In this document: positions 52,067 through 61,011 of the stretch, in pieces
Layout of the letters: each line of letters begins with the position of its first letter
Numbering within the stretch: the stretch's first letter is position 1
Source: an uncultured Solirubrobacterales bacterium
GTDB lineage: Bacteria; Actinomycetota; Thermoleophilia; Solirubrobacterales; 70-9
Reading direction: 5' to 3'
DNA: 64,000 nucleotides
Assembly (NCBI GenBank): GCA_963780815.1
Contig: CAWADG010000008.1
Location: forward strand, 131,306-195,305
Translations under genes and position numbers: made by a program
The notes under the pieces: generated by a model
What the model saw: the letters and a program-made list of their open reading frames with translations, nothing else
Told to the model about the DNA's origin: nothing
Databases searched by the model: none

Positions 52067-53038
52067 TCACTGAAGCCACGCGGCGGCCTCCTTCGCGTAG
52101 TAGGTGACGATCGCGTCGGCGCCGGCGCGGCGGATCGAGGTCAGCGTCTCGAGCACCGCCGCCCGCTCGTCGATCCAGCCATTCTCGGCCGCCGCCTTGA
52201 GCATCGAGTACTCGCCGGAGACGTGGTACGCGGCGACCGGGGCGCCCGTCGCCTCCTTGACCCGGCGGACGACGTCGAGGTACGGGGTCGCCGGCTTGAC
52301 CATCACCATGTCCGCCCCCTCCTCGAGGTCGAGCTTGGCCTCGCGCACGGCCTCCTCGGCGTTGGCGGGGTCGAGCTGGTAGCCGCGTCGATCGCCGGAC
52401 GCGGGGGCAGAGTCGGCCGCATCGCGGAAGGGCCCGTAGAAGGCGGAGACGTACTTGGCGCTGTAGGCGATGATCGGGACCCGCGAGTGCCCCTCCTCGT
52501 CGAGCTGGTGGCGGATCGCCCCGACCCGGCCGTCCATCATGTCGCTCGGGGCGACCGCGTCGGCGCCGGCCTCGGCGTGAGAGATCGCGGTTTTCGCGAG
52601 CAGCTCGAGGGTCAGGTCGTTGTCGACCTCGCCTTCGAGGAGGAAGCCGCAGTGCCCATGCGAGGTGTACTCGCAGAGGCAGACGTCGGTGATCACGACC
52701 AGGTCCGGATGAGCCTCCTTCAGCGCCCGCACCGCCATCTGGACGACGCCCTCTTCGTCATAGGCGCCCGAACCGGTCTCGTCCTTGGCCGCCGGCAGGC
52801 CGAAGAGCAGCACCGCGCCGATCCCGGCAGTGGCGATCTCGGTCGCCTCGGCGACGAGCTCGGAGATCGAGAACCGCTCGACGCCCGGCATCGACTCGAC
52901 ATCCTCGCGCACCCCCTCACCCGCGACGACGAAGGCGGGCTGAATCAGGTGCGCGGCGGAAAGATCCGTCTCGCGGACGAGGCCGCGCAACGCCTCGGTC
53001 CGGCGCAGGCGCCGCATGCGTGTGGCGGGGAAGGCCAT
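52067..53038 (-). CDS. hemB: porphobilinogen synthase (delta-aminolevulinic acid dehydratase)
   Basis: RMRRLRRTEALRGLVRET.L....LIQPAFV and the active-site Lys context VMVKPA. ATG at 53038 chosen. Confidence 0.95.
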   Translation of the reverse strand: MAFPATRMRRLRRTEALRGLVRETDLSAAHLIQPAFVVAGEGVREDVESMPGVERFSISELVAEATEIATAGIGAVLLFGLPAAKDETGSGAYDEEGVVQMAVRALKEAHPDLVVITDVCLCEYTSHGHCGFLLEGEVDNDLTLELLAKTAISHAEAGADAVAPSDMMDGRVGAIRHQLDEEGHSRVPIIAYSAKYVSAFYGPFRDAADSAPASGDRRGYQLDPANAEEAVREAKLDLEEGADMVMVKPATPYLDVVRRVKEATGAPVAAYHVSGEYSMLKAAAENGWIDERAAVLETLTSIRRAGADAIVTYYAKEAAAWLQ

Positions 53039-53048
53039 CGAACCGATT

Positions 53049-53414
53049 CTAGGGGGAGTGCGGCAGCGCACCCTGCCGCGGGGTGAGCTCGGCGAGCGAG
53101 CGGTGTCGCGATCGGACCGCCGTCAGCGCCGCCGCCTCGCCGTCGATCTGCAGGCACCCGTGGCGACTCAGATAGGCGGTCGCCGCCGCCAGCACCTCGC
53201 CGGTCTCGAGCCGGCACGAGATCCCCTCGAGGACGCTGACGTCGTAGTTCCCCTCGGTCTGTATGCGAGCATCGGCGACCTCGACCACGCCTCCGCCGAC
53301 GATCGCGAACGAGCGCTCGGGGACGGCCAAGGGATAGCCCAGCGCCCGCTCGGCAACCTCGCGTTGTCCCTCCATCACTTCCTCCGCGGCCAGTATCACG
53401 GATAGGGTCCGCAA
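53049..53414 (-). CDS. hypothetical protein
   Basis: Non-repetitive 121-aa ORF ending 10 nt before hemB. The TTG start at 53414 would lie 4 bp from the divergent 53419 gene, so the internal ATG at 53375 is more plausible. Confidence 0.4.
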   Translation of the reverse strand: MRTLSVILAAEEVMEGQREVAERALGYPLAVPERSFAIVGGGVVEVADARIQTEGNYDVSVLEGISCRLETGEVLAAATAYLSRHGCLQIDGEAAALTAVRSRHRSLAELTPRQGALPHSP

Positions 53415-53418
53415 TCAC

Positions 53419-54195
53419 ATGCGGTTGCTCTTCATCGGGGACGTCGTCGGCGGGCCGGGGAGGCGGGGCCTGAAGGCCGCGATGCCCGAGCTCCGCGAGC
53501 GGCACAGCCCCGACCTCGTGATCGTCAACGGCGAGAACTCCGCGGGCGGGATCGGGATCACCGAGAAGACGGCCGACGGCCTGTTCGACGCCGGCGCCGA
53601 CATCCTCACGACCGGTAACCACGTCTACCGCCATCGCGAGGCCTACGAGTTCCTCGACCGCACCGACCGGGTGATCCGCCCCGCCAACTATCCCCACGCA
53701 AATCCGGGGAAGGGGTACCTCGTGACCGAGGCGGGCGGGATGCGGGTCGGCGTCGTCAACATCAGCGGCGGTGTCGGCCTCACGGTCGCCCGATCCCCCT
53801 TTCACGAGGTCGACAGCATCCTCGAGCGGATCGAGGCCGACTGCGTTGTGGTCGACTTCCACGCCGAGGTGACGAGCGAGAAGGTCGCGATGGGTTGGCA
53901 CCTCGACGGCCGGGTGGCCGCCCTGTTCGGCACCCACACCCACGTTCCGACCGCCGACGCCCGAGTGCTGCCCGGTGGGACTGCGGTGATCACCGACGTC
54001 GGCATGACCGGGTCGCGGACGAGCGTTCTCGGGGTGAAGCCGGAGCAGGCGCTGCAATCGCTGATCACGCAGATGCCGGTCCGGTTCGAAACCGCGGAGG
54101 ACGACGTCTGGGTGATGGGCGCCGCGGTGGAGATCAACCAGAAGGGACGGGCTGACTCGATCGAGCAGGTTCTGATGCCGGCTCCGACCGGGTGA
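53419..54195 (+). CDS. YmdB-like metallophosphoesterase (TIGR00282 family)
   Basis: MRLLFIGDVVG...VIVNGENSAGG.GIT...GNH...DFHAE.TSEK...GTHTHV.TAD. Confidence 0.9.
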   Translation: MRLLFIGDVVGGPGRRGLKAAMPELRERHSPDLVIVNGENSAGGIGITEKTADGLFDAGADILTTGNHVYRHREAYEFLDRTDRVIRPANYPHANPGKGYLVTEAGGMRVGVVNISGGVGLTVARSPFHEVDSILERIEADCVVVDFHAEVTSEKVAMGWHLDGRVAALFGTHTHVPTADARVLPGGTAVITDVGMTGSRTSVLGVKPEQALQSLITQMPVRFETAEDDVWVMGAAVEINQKGRADSIEQVLMPAPTG

Positions 54196-55843
54196 CCGGC
54201 TCGCGCCGATCGGAGGCCGGGGGCTCCGCGCCCTCGCACATCGCGACCAGCAGCAGCGGGAAGAACCAGACGATGTAGAGGTAGAACCAGTGCATCGCCG
54301 TCAGCTGCAGGGCGATGATCAGGGCCGCGGCGAGGGCGGCGACCTGGGCCAGCGACTTCCGCCGCGGGCGGAAGGCGAGGGCGACCGAGAGCGCGGAGAC
54401 CCCGACGAGAATCGCGATCCGCAGCGGCTCGAGGCCGGGGACCTGGCCCCAGATGCTGAACGGCGAGTCGCGGCCGGCCTGGTAGCCGAGCGTGCGGTCC
54501 CAGAAGGTGGCGAGGCCGGGGTCGATGGCCGGCCAGAGCATCAGCAGCGCCGATGTGGCCGCGAATGCCACCACGAACAACAGGGTGGATCGGCCGGCGG
54601 GTCCTGTCACGGAAGCAGGAGGGGATCTGCGGGCCGGGCTGTCCTCGACCCCTCCTCCTGCCACGCCACCCACCGGAGGATCCACCGAGTTGGACGCTGC
54701 GGGGCGATACGTGGCCAGCATGGGCACCAGCACCAGCGGGGCGAACTTTGTGAGGCCCGTGAGGGCTGTTAGGGCGCCCCGGTAGGCCGGGCGGGCGAGG
54801 ACCAGGAGCGTCGCGACGAGGAGCAGCGCGACCAGGGTGTCGTTCGAGTTCGTCTCCAGCGGCAGAGCGGTGTAGGGATAGGCGGCCCAGGCGAATGCGA
54901 GCACCGCGGCGAGGCGGCGCCCGGCGGGCCCGGGGCGGATCCGCAGCGCGAGCAGGACGAGGAGTGCGATCGTCGCCAGGTCGAAGACGACCGCGGCGCC
55001 GTGGGAGGCGGGGAGGTCGTCCCAGGTCCCGTGCCATGGCCAGATCGCCTCGAACGGGACGTAGGCGAGGTAGTTGACCGGGCCGTAGGTGTCCCCTGCC
55101 GAGACGTCGTCGGGGAAGTTGCCGTAGAGCCGTTCGCCGTGCTCGATCCGGTCGGCTCCGACCACGCTCGCGTAGCCGACATCGATCGTCCCCGCGTCGG
55201 CGACGTTGAGCCCGACCCGGAGACCGATCAGGAAGAGGGTGGCGACGATCAGCCACGCCGTCGGCCAGACCGGCCTGATTCCCTCGCCCCTCCTGCGCAA
55301 CCCGATCCAGAGGGCCCTCCCCAGGAGGTAGAGGAGAACCGGGTACTGGAGCGGGACCGAGACGCCGATATCGGCCCGGTTGAAGAACCAGTGCGAGATG
55401 CCGAAACCGAGGAGGACGGCGACGTCGAGCGTGGCGACCCGCCAGGGGCGGCGCCAGTCGATCAGCCCGAGCGCGAACAGAGCAAAGAGAGGGAGGATCA
55501 CGTACGGCGCGTTCAACCTGTGGCCGAAGGCGCCGGAGTATCCGCGGGCCATCTTCCACCCGACCTGGTAGCCGGTCCACGACTCGGTCACCTCGCCGCT
55601 CTGTGGGTCGACGATCGCGAGGGCCACTCGTTCCTCTTCGGCGAAGTAGCTGACCTCCCAGTTGCCGTCGTTCATCGCGGCGCTCGACGTCATCCCGGGG
55701 TGCTCCCGCCGCTCTTCTACGACCTTCGGGTCGCGATCGGCGCGGGCGCTGGCCTCGGTCGCGGAAATGTCTCCCGATGCGGCGAGGGCGGGCGCCGGAA
55801 GGCAGGCGAGGAGCAGAGCGGCGAGCGCCGCCGCGCGCCTCAA
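54134..55843 (-). CDS. GT-C-like integral membrane protein (DUF2029-like) with N-terminal extracytoplasmic module
   Basis: Multi-TM protein with DTYGPVNYLAYVPF. TTG at 55843 gives the signal peptide MRRAAALAALLLACLPAPALA and a GAGG SD. The ATG at 55918 would overlap the upstream gene by 59 nt. The 3' end overlaps the convergent ymdB-like gene by 62 nt. Confidence 0.6.
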   Translation of the reverse strand: MRRAAALAALLLACLPAPALAASGDISATEASARADRDPKVVEERREHPGMTSSAAMNDGNWEVSYFAEEERVALAIVDPQSGEVTESWTGYQVGWKMARGYSGAFGHRLNAPYVILPLFALFALGLIDWRRPWRVATLDVAVLLGFGISHWFFNRADIGVSVPLQYPVLLYLLGRALWIGLRRRGEGIRPVWPTAWLIVATLFLIGLRVGLNVADAGTIDVGYASVVGADRIEHGERLYGNFPDDVSAGDTYGPVNYLAYVPFEAIWPWHGTWDDLPASHGAAVVFDLATIALLVLLALRIRPGPAGRRLAAVLAFAWAAYPYTALPLETNSNDTLVALLLVATLLVLARPAYRGALTALTGLTKFAPLVLVPMLATYRPAASNSVDPPVGGVAGGGVEDSPARRSPPASVTGPAGRSTLLFVVAFAATSALLMLWPAIDPGLATFWDRTLGYQAGRDSPFSIWGQVPGLEPLRIAILVGVSALSVALAFRPRRKSLAQVAALAAALIIALQLTAMHWFYLYIVWFFPLLLVAMCEGAEPPASDRREPVTRSEPASEPARSSQPVPSG

Positions 55844-55859
55844 AGAACGACCTCGTCCT

Positions 55860-57380
55860 TCACAGGCCGAAATGATCGAGCACCGCCGGCGCCACGTCGC
55901 GCAGGGCCCACTGCTCACGGTCGGCGGCGTCGTCGGGGCCGCAGCCGCAGAAGAGGAGCGGCCCGAGCGAGTCGTCGCGCATGAGCGAGCCGTGGCTGCC
56001 GCCCCCGGCGTGGCTGGTTCCGCCCCAGTCGAGCGCCTCGTACCCCGTGGCGAGGGAGACGATCATGTCGCCGGCGTGAGGCGCGGTCAGGGCGGCGTGG
56101 ACGCGGGCGAGAGGGTCCGGGTAGAGCTCGCTCCGCAACCTGCCGGCGGCGACCTCGGCGGCGAGGGCCTCGTGCTCGCCCTCCACCTCCCACTCTCCTC
56201 CGCGAAGGTCGGTGACCGGGCCCCCGGGCCGGAAGCGCAGGCGGCGGCCGCGCCGCTCGACAACGGCCCAGACCTCCTCGCCGTCGGGCCCGCCGGCCTC
56301 CGGCCTCGGCAGCGGCGTGCCGCCGGCGCCCTCGAGCCAGCAGACGAGGTCGACCCCTTCGGTCGCCGCCAGTGACTCGCAGACCTCGCGGTGCTCGGCG
56401 GTGTCTCCGTCGGTCGGCAGGAGGTAGACGTGCGCCGCCCGTCCCGTCGGGCTGACGGCGAGCTGGGCCTGCTCGGGGCGGTCCTCGGAGGGCTGCAGCA
56501 CCGACCACTCCTGCGCCAGGAGGTCGGCCAGCGGCAGCCCCCGGTCGACCTCGGAGTGGGAATGGTCGGCGACCAGGATCAGGGCATGGTCCTCGAGGAA
56601 CCGGTCGAGGCCCCCGGCGGCCTCGACCAGCATCGCGAAGCACTCATCGGCCCGGGCGATCGACTCGCCGCTCGCTTCCGGCCCATGACGGTGGGAGTGG
56701 TTGTCGTTGTCGGGCAGCGAGAGGAGGAGGAAGTCGAAGCCGCCGTCGCGAGCGAGCTCGGCGGCGCAGCAGGCCGCGTAGCTGTCACGGTTGCCGGGGA
56801 TCGAGGTCGACTTGCACGGAACGTCGCGGCTCGCGTATAGGTCACCGTAGAAGAGCTCGCCCGGCCCCCAGGTGTGGTGGTCGAATTTGAGCCGGCCGGC
56901 GTCGACGACCGCTCGGCGCATCAGCCCCTCGAGCGAGACCTGGTGGCGGTGGCGGCCGCGGTAGATCAGGAACGGCGTGCAGGCGGTGCGGGCACCGGCG
57001 TCGTCGAGGCGCTCGAAGAGCGTCGGCACCTCGGGGCTGAGGTGGGCCAGGTTCATGTTGTAGACGAGGTCGTAGAGCGCCCGGAAGACGCCGACCGCCC
57101 GGGTCGCCTCGAGTGAGGACCCGTACTCGACGTAGCGTCGCTCGAGCCGGTGGTACCAGTTCATCCCGCTGATCCAGTGGCGGTCGGCGGCGACGCCGGT
57201 GACCATCTCGGCGCAGGCTACGGGGGTGACCGACGGGAAGCTCGAGACGCAGTCAGGGATCAGCGTCCCGCGCTCGAGCAGGGCCTCGAAGGTCGGCGCG
57301 TTCCCTTCCTCGATCGTCCGCTCCAGTATGTCGGTCCGGAGCGAGTCGACATAGGTGAGGACCAGCTTCTTATCGCCCAT
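55860..57380 (-). CDS. alkaline-phosphatase-superfamily (type I phosphodiesterase/nucleotide pyrophosphatase-like) enzyme
   Basis: Metal and nucleophile contexts: VDSLR, SSFPSVTPVACAEMVTG, DNDNHSHRHG, ADHSHS and GGGSHGSL. Confidence 0.8.
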   Translation of the reverse strand: MGDKKLVLTYVDSLRTDILERTIEEGNAPTFEALLERGTLIPDCVSSFPSVTPVACAEMVTGVAADRHWISGMNWYHRLERRYVEYGSSLEATRAVGVFRALYDLVYNMNLAHLSPEVPTLFERLDDAGARTACTPFLIYRGRHRHQVSLEGLMRRAVVDAGRLKFDHHTWGPGELFYGDLYASRDVPCKSTSIPGNRDSYAACCAAELARDGGFDFLLLSLPDNDNHSHRHGPEASGESIARADECFAMLVEAAGGLDRFLEDHALILVADHSHSEVDRGLPLADLLAQEWSVLQPSEDRPEQAQLAVSPTGRAAHVYLLPTDGDTAEHREVCESLAATEGVDLVCWLEGAGGTPLPRPEAGGPDGEEVWAVVERRGRRLRFRPGGPVTDLRGGEWEVEGEHEALAAEVAAGRLRSELYPDPLARVHAALTAPHAGDMIVSLATGYEALDWGGTSHAGGGSHGSLMRDDSLGPLLFCGCGPDDAADREQWALRDVAPAVLDHFGL

Positions 57381-57433
57381 AGGTCATCCCGGCCGAATGA
57401 TGACTGTCATCGGACTCGGGACTCGCCGCGCGG

Positions 57434-57868
57434 CTACTTCAGCACCCGTAGGCCCTCGTGCTTGCGGCGGGCGCGGCGATGGCGGGCGATGCCGAGCCAG
57501 GCGAGGGCGATGATGACCAGGAGGGTCACGTCCGGAACCAGCAGCGCGGCGACAGCGACGACGATCGCGGCCAGCGAGACCAGGAAGCCGAGCGCGGCGC
57601 CCCCTCCCCCCTCGCGCCTGCCGGCGCCGAAGACGATGTCGCTGACGACGATGCAGCCGAAGGCCGCGCCGGCGAGGCAGAAGACCGCCCCGAGCAGGTT
57701 GTCGAGGTCGGCGTGGCCAGCGAGCAGATACCCGATGACGAAGCCGATCACGGCCGCCAGCAGGGTCATCCGTCCCCGCGCCGAGCCGTGGGTTCCCGTG
57801 GTCCCGGCCAGCATCCCGATCGCGATGCCGATGCCCACCTCGAAGCCGACCCCCTCAAGAAAGCTCAT
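57434..57868 (-). CDS. small Gly-rich integral membrane protein
   Basis: 144 aa with 4 hydrophobic segments and a basic tail. Confidence 0.55.
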   Translation of the reverse strand: MSFLEGVGFEVGIGIAIGMLAGTTGTHGSARGRMTLLAAVIGFVIGYLLAGHADLDNLLGAVFCLAGAAFGCIVVSDIVFGAGRREGGGGAALGFLVSLAAIVVAVAALLVPDVTLLVIIALAWLGIARHRRARRKHEGLRVLK

Positions 57869-57890
57869 GCGAAAAACCTACACTTCATGG

Positions 57891-59294
57891 ATGCCCGAAC
57901 CCCCTCACCGGCGGCGAGCCCACACGCTCACGCGGGACCTCGAGCGCTACGCCGGGCTGTTCGCCGGACGGACGAAGGTGATGCGGTCATCGGCGATGCG
58001 GGACCTGATGGCGATCACCGCCCGCCCCGAGGTGATCTCGCTGGCGGGGGGCCTTCCCGACACCTCGACCTTCCCTCCCGCGACCTTTGCCGCCGACATG
58101 ACCCGGATCGCGCAGACCTCGGCCGCCGAGGCCCTTCAGTACGGGCCGACCGAGGGCTTCGAGGAGACGGTCGACTGCATCATCCAGGTGATGGGGGCGG
58201 AGGGGATGCTCCCCGACCACGACGACGTGATCGTCACCACCGGCGGCCAGCAGGCGATCGACCTCGTCTCCAAGATCCTCCTCGACCCCGGCGACGTCGT
58301 CATCTGCGAGGCGCCGTCCTACCCCGGGGCGATCCCGGTCTTCTGCAGCTACGAGGCCGACGTCGTCCAGATCGAGTGCGACCGGGACGGGATGAGGATC
58401 GACGAGCTCGAGGCGGTCCTCGAGCGGCTCGACCGCGAGGGGCGGCGGCCGAAATTCGTCTACTCGGTCCCGACCTTCCAGAACCCGGCGGGGGTGACGA
58501 TGTCGCTGCCCCGCCGCCAACGCCTGGTCGAGCTGGCCCGCAGCCGCGAGATGCTGGTGGTCGAGGACAACCCCTACGGCCTCCTCCGCTTCGGCGGCGA
58601 GCCGCTGCCGCCCCTCTACCAGCTCGACGGCGGCGACTACGTCATCTACATCGGGACGTTCTCGAAGATCCTCTCCCCCGGGATCCGGCTCGGCTGGGCA
58701 GTCGCGCCGCCGCCGGTGATGGAGAAGATCGTGCTCGGCAAGCAGGCGGCCGACCTCTGCACCTCGACCCTGACCCAGTTCTTCGTCCGCGAGTACTTCA
58801 CCAAAGGTCGTTGGCGGGAGTACATCGAGAGCCTGGTCGAGATCTATCGTGGCCGGCGCGACACGATGATCGCCGCCCTGCACGAGCACTTCCCACCGGG
58901 GGCGACCTGGACCGACCCCGAGGGCGGGCTCTTCATCTGGGCGACGCTGCCGGACTTCATCGACACCGGCGACCTGCTCGCCAGGGCGCTGCGCGAGGAC
59001 GTCGCCTTCGTCCCCGGCCAGGCCGCGTTCGTCGGCGAGCGCGGCCGCAACTCGATGCGGCTCAACTTCTCGGGCTCCGACGACGCCGAGATCGCGGAGG
59101 GGGTGCGGCGGATCGGCAAGGTGATCGCCCAGCAGGTCGAGCTCTACTCGACCCTGACTCGGGAACCGGCTAAAGATGAGGCGCATATGCCCGCAGCCGA
59201 AGGCGAGGGCATGGGCGCAATTGATGCATCCAAGCGCGCCCCACCCGATCAAGGTGGCGACGTCCTTCCGTTTCGCCGCGAGGAGTCGGCGTGA
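57891..59294 (+). CDS. PLP-dependent aminotransferase, class I/II (2-aminoadipate/MocR-like catalytic domain)
   Basis: ISLAGGLPD, QYGPTEG, NPAG and GTFSKILSPGIRLGW (PLP Lys). ATG at 57891. The upstream 247 codons of the track ORF are antisense shadow. Confidence 0.9.
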   Translation: MPEPPHRRRAHTLTRDLERYAGLFAGRTKVMRSSAMRDLMAITARPEVISLAGGLPDTSTFPPATFAADMTRIAQTSAAEALQYGPTEGFEETVDCIIQVMGAEGMLPDHDDVIVTTGGQQAIDLVSKILLDPGDVVICEAPSYPGAIPVFCSYEADVVQIECDRDGMRIDELEAVLERLDREGRRPKFVYSVPTFQNPAGVTMSLPRRQRLVELARSREMLVVEDNPYGLLRFGGEPLPPLYQLDGGDYVIYIGTFSKILSPGIRLGWAVAPPPVMEKIVLGKQAADLCTSTLTQFFVREYFTKGRWREYIESLVEIYRGRRDTMIAALHEHFPPGATWTDPEGGLFIWATLPDFIDTGDLLARALREDVAFVPGQAAFVGERGRNSMRLNFSGSDDAEIAEGVRRIGKVIAQQVELYSTLTREPAKDEAHMPAAEGEGMGAIDASKRAPPDQGGDVLPFRREESA

Positions 59295-60232
59295 GGGTGG
59301 CGGTCCTCAAGGGCGGCAGGTCGCTCGAGCGCGGCGTCTCGCTGCGATCGGGCGCCCGGGTCCAGGAGGGTCTCGCCAGACTCGGCCACGACGTCACCTC
59401 GATCGACGCCGGCGCCGAGCTGGTCGAGGAACTGAACCGGAACCGGCCGGAGATCGCGTTCGTCGCAATGCACGGCCCCGGCGGCGAGGACGGGACGGTC
59501 CAGGAGCTGCTCGAGATCCTCGGCATCCCCTTCACCGGCCCCGGCGTCGCGGCCTGCGTCCGCTGCATCGACAAGGCACTCGCCAAGCACGAGTTCCGCG
59601 CCGCGGGGATCCCGACACCCGAATGGCTCGCGTTCAACGAAACCGCGTTCCGCGAACTGGGGGCGACCGACGCCCTCGACCACCTCGAGGATCGGCTCGG
59701 CTACCCGCTCGTCGTCAAGCCGAGCCGGGGTGGCTCGTCGCTCGGGGTCCGGTTCGCCGCGAGCCGGGCCGAGGTCCCCGAGGCGCTGGTCTCCGCCTTC
59801 AGCTACGACGACCGGGTGGTGCTCGAGCGCTTCGTCGACGGGCGCGAGCTGGCGGTGAGCATCCTCGGCGACGAGCCGCTGCCGATCGTCGAGGCGATCC
59901 CGGTCGGCGGCGACCGCTACGACTTCGAGGCCCGCTACGAGATCGGCCGAACCGAGTTCGTCTGCCCCGCCGATCTCACCGGGGAGGAGGCGGCCGCGGT
60001 CACCTCCGTCGCCCTCGCCGCCTACGAGGCGCTCGGGTGCACCGGCTTCTCCCGGGTCGACGTGATCCTCGAGAAGGGCAACGGCCCACAGGTGCTGGAG
60101 GTCAACGCGATCCCGGGCCTGACCGACACCAGCCTCCTGCCGCTGGCCGCCGAGGCCGCCGGGCTCTCGTTCGAGGAATTGGTCGAGCGGATCCTCAAGC
60201 TCGCCTCGCCAGCAGTTGCTACGGCCTCATAA
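59291..60232 (+). CDS. ddl: D-alanine--D-alanine ligase
   Basis: VAVLKGGRSLERGVSLRSG, HGPGGEDGTVQELLE and an ATP-grasp C-terminus with EVNAIPGLT. GTGA overlap with the upstream stop. Confidence 0.95.
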   Translation: MRVAVLKGGRSLERGVSLRSGARVQEGLARLGHDVTSIDAGAELVEELNRNRPEIAFVAMHGPGGEDGTVQELLEILGIPFTGPGVAACVRCIDKALAKHEFRAAGIPTPEWLAFNETAFRELGATDALDHLEDRLGYPLVVKPSRGGSSLGVRFAASRAEVPEALVSAFSYDDRVVLERFVDGRELAVSILGDEPLPIVEAIPVGGDRYDFEARYEIGRTEFVCPADLTGEEAAAVTSVALAAYEALGCTGFSRVDVILEKGNGPQVLEVNAIPGLTDTSLLPLAAEAAGLSFEELVERILKLASPAVATAS

Positions 60233-60233
60233 G

Positions 60234-60321
60234 ACGCCGCCTCCTCTGCTCCCGCTCGGGCCAGGGGAGGCAGACATGGACTGGCCTGGAATGGCCCTCG
60301 CTCCCGCGTCCGGGGGCGGCT
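60234..60321. repeat. intergenic repeat element, copy B (29-nt arms, 30-nt core)
   Basis: Same arms as copy A (16354-16431). It exactly fills the gap between the convergent ddl (stop 60230-60232) and nuclease (stop 60320-60322) genes. Confidence 0.75.
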
Positions 60322-60811
60322 ACGAATTCCCCTGGGCGAAGTCGTCCGGGGAGACCTCGTCGAGGAACTCCTTGAACTTGTCAACGACCTCCTCGGTGTC
60401 CTCGACCTCATGCTCGAACTCGATCGCCGACTCCTCGATCACGTCCTCGGCGGCGAAGATCGGGGCCGAGACCCTGACCGCGAGAGCGAGTGCATCGGAG
60501 GGGCGCGAGTCGATCTCGAGCTCGGTGCCGTCGATCGAGACCGTGATCGAGGCGTAGAAGGTGTTGTCGCGCAGTTCGGTCACCGAGACCCGCTCGCATT
60601 TCGCGTCGAGCTGCTCGAGCACGTCGGAGAGCAGGTCGTGGGTCATCGGCCGCGGCGTCGAGGCGCCCTGGAGCTTCATCAGGATCGCCGCCGCCTCGGG
60701 GTGTCCGATCCAGATCGGCAGGAACCTGTTCCCGTCGACGGTCTTCAGCAAGACGATCGGCTGCTTGCCGACCATGTCAAAGCTGACACCGTAGATCTGC
60801 ATCTGCTGCAC
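60320..60811 (-). CDS. bifunctional nuclease family protein (DUF151/BFN)
   Basis: PIVLLKTVDGNRFLPIWIGHPEAAAI...RPMTHDLL...IDSRPSDALALAVR. Confidence 0.85.
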   Translation of the reverse strand: MQQMQIYGVSFDMVGKQPIVLLKTVDGNRFLPIWIGHPEAAAILMKLQGASTPRPMTHDLLSDVLEQLDAKCERVSVTELRDNTFYASITVSIDGTELEIDSRPSDALALAVRVSAPIFAAEDVIEESAIEFEHEVEDTEEVVDKFKEFLDEVSPDDFAQGNS

Positions 60812-60886
60812 AAACTCGCTCCCACGCTGGATGGCCGCCCATTATAGGTCCGCCCCGAAGCCGGATCGCGGGAGCCATGTGCGCAG

Positions 60887-60960
<74 letters not shown>

Positions 60961-61011
60961 GCGAGAACAGCGCGATGATAGCGGCCGCCCGTCGCTGTCC
61001 GCCGCGGTCGT

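Noticed and set aside
53016-53405. 129-aa plus-strand ORF between hemB and the ymdB-like gene.
   Set aside because: It is an Arg-rich, low-information sequence antisense to a better-looking minus-strand ORF (53049-53414). I kept the minus-strand call, at low confidence.
53802-55580. 592-aa minus-strand ORF overlapping the GT-C-like membrane gene in another frame.
   Set aside because: Its composition is extremely Arg/Pro/Gly-rich with no hydrophobic helices. The 54134-55843 frame gives a coherent multi-TM protein.
57150-57890. N-terminal 247 codons of the 714-aa ORF that ends as the aminotransferase.
   Set aside because: This part is antisense to the AlkP-family gene and the small membrane gene, and it is low complexity. 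The aminotransferase homology begins at ATG 57891.
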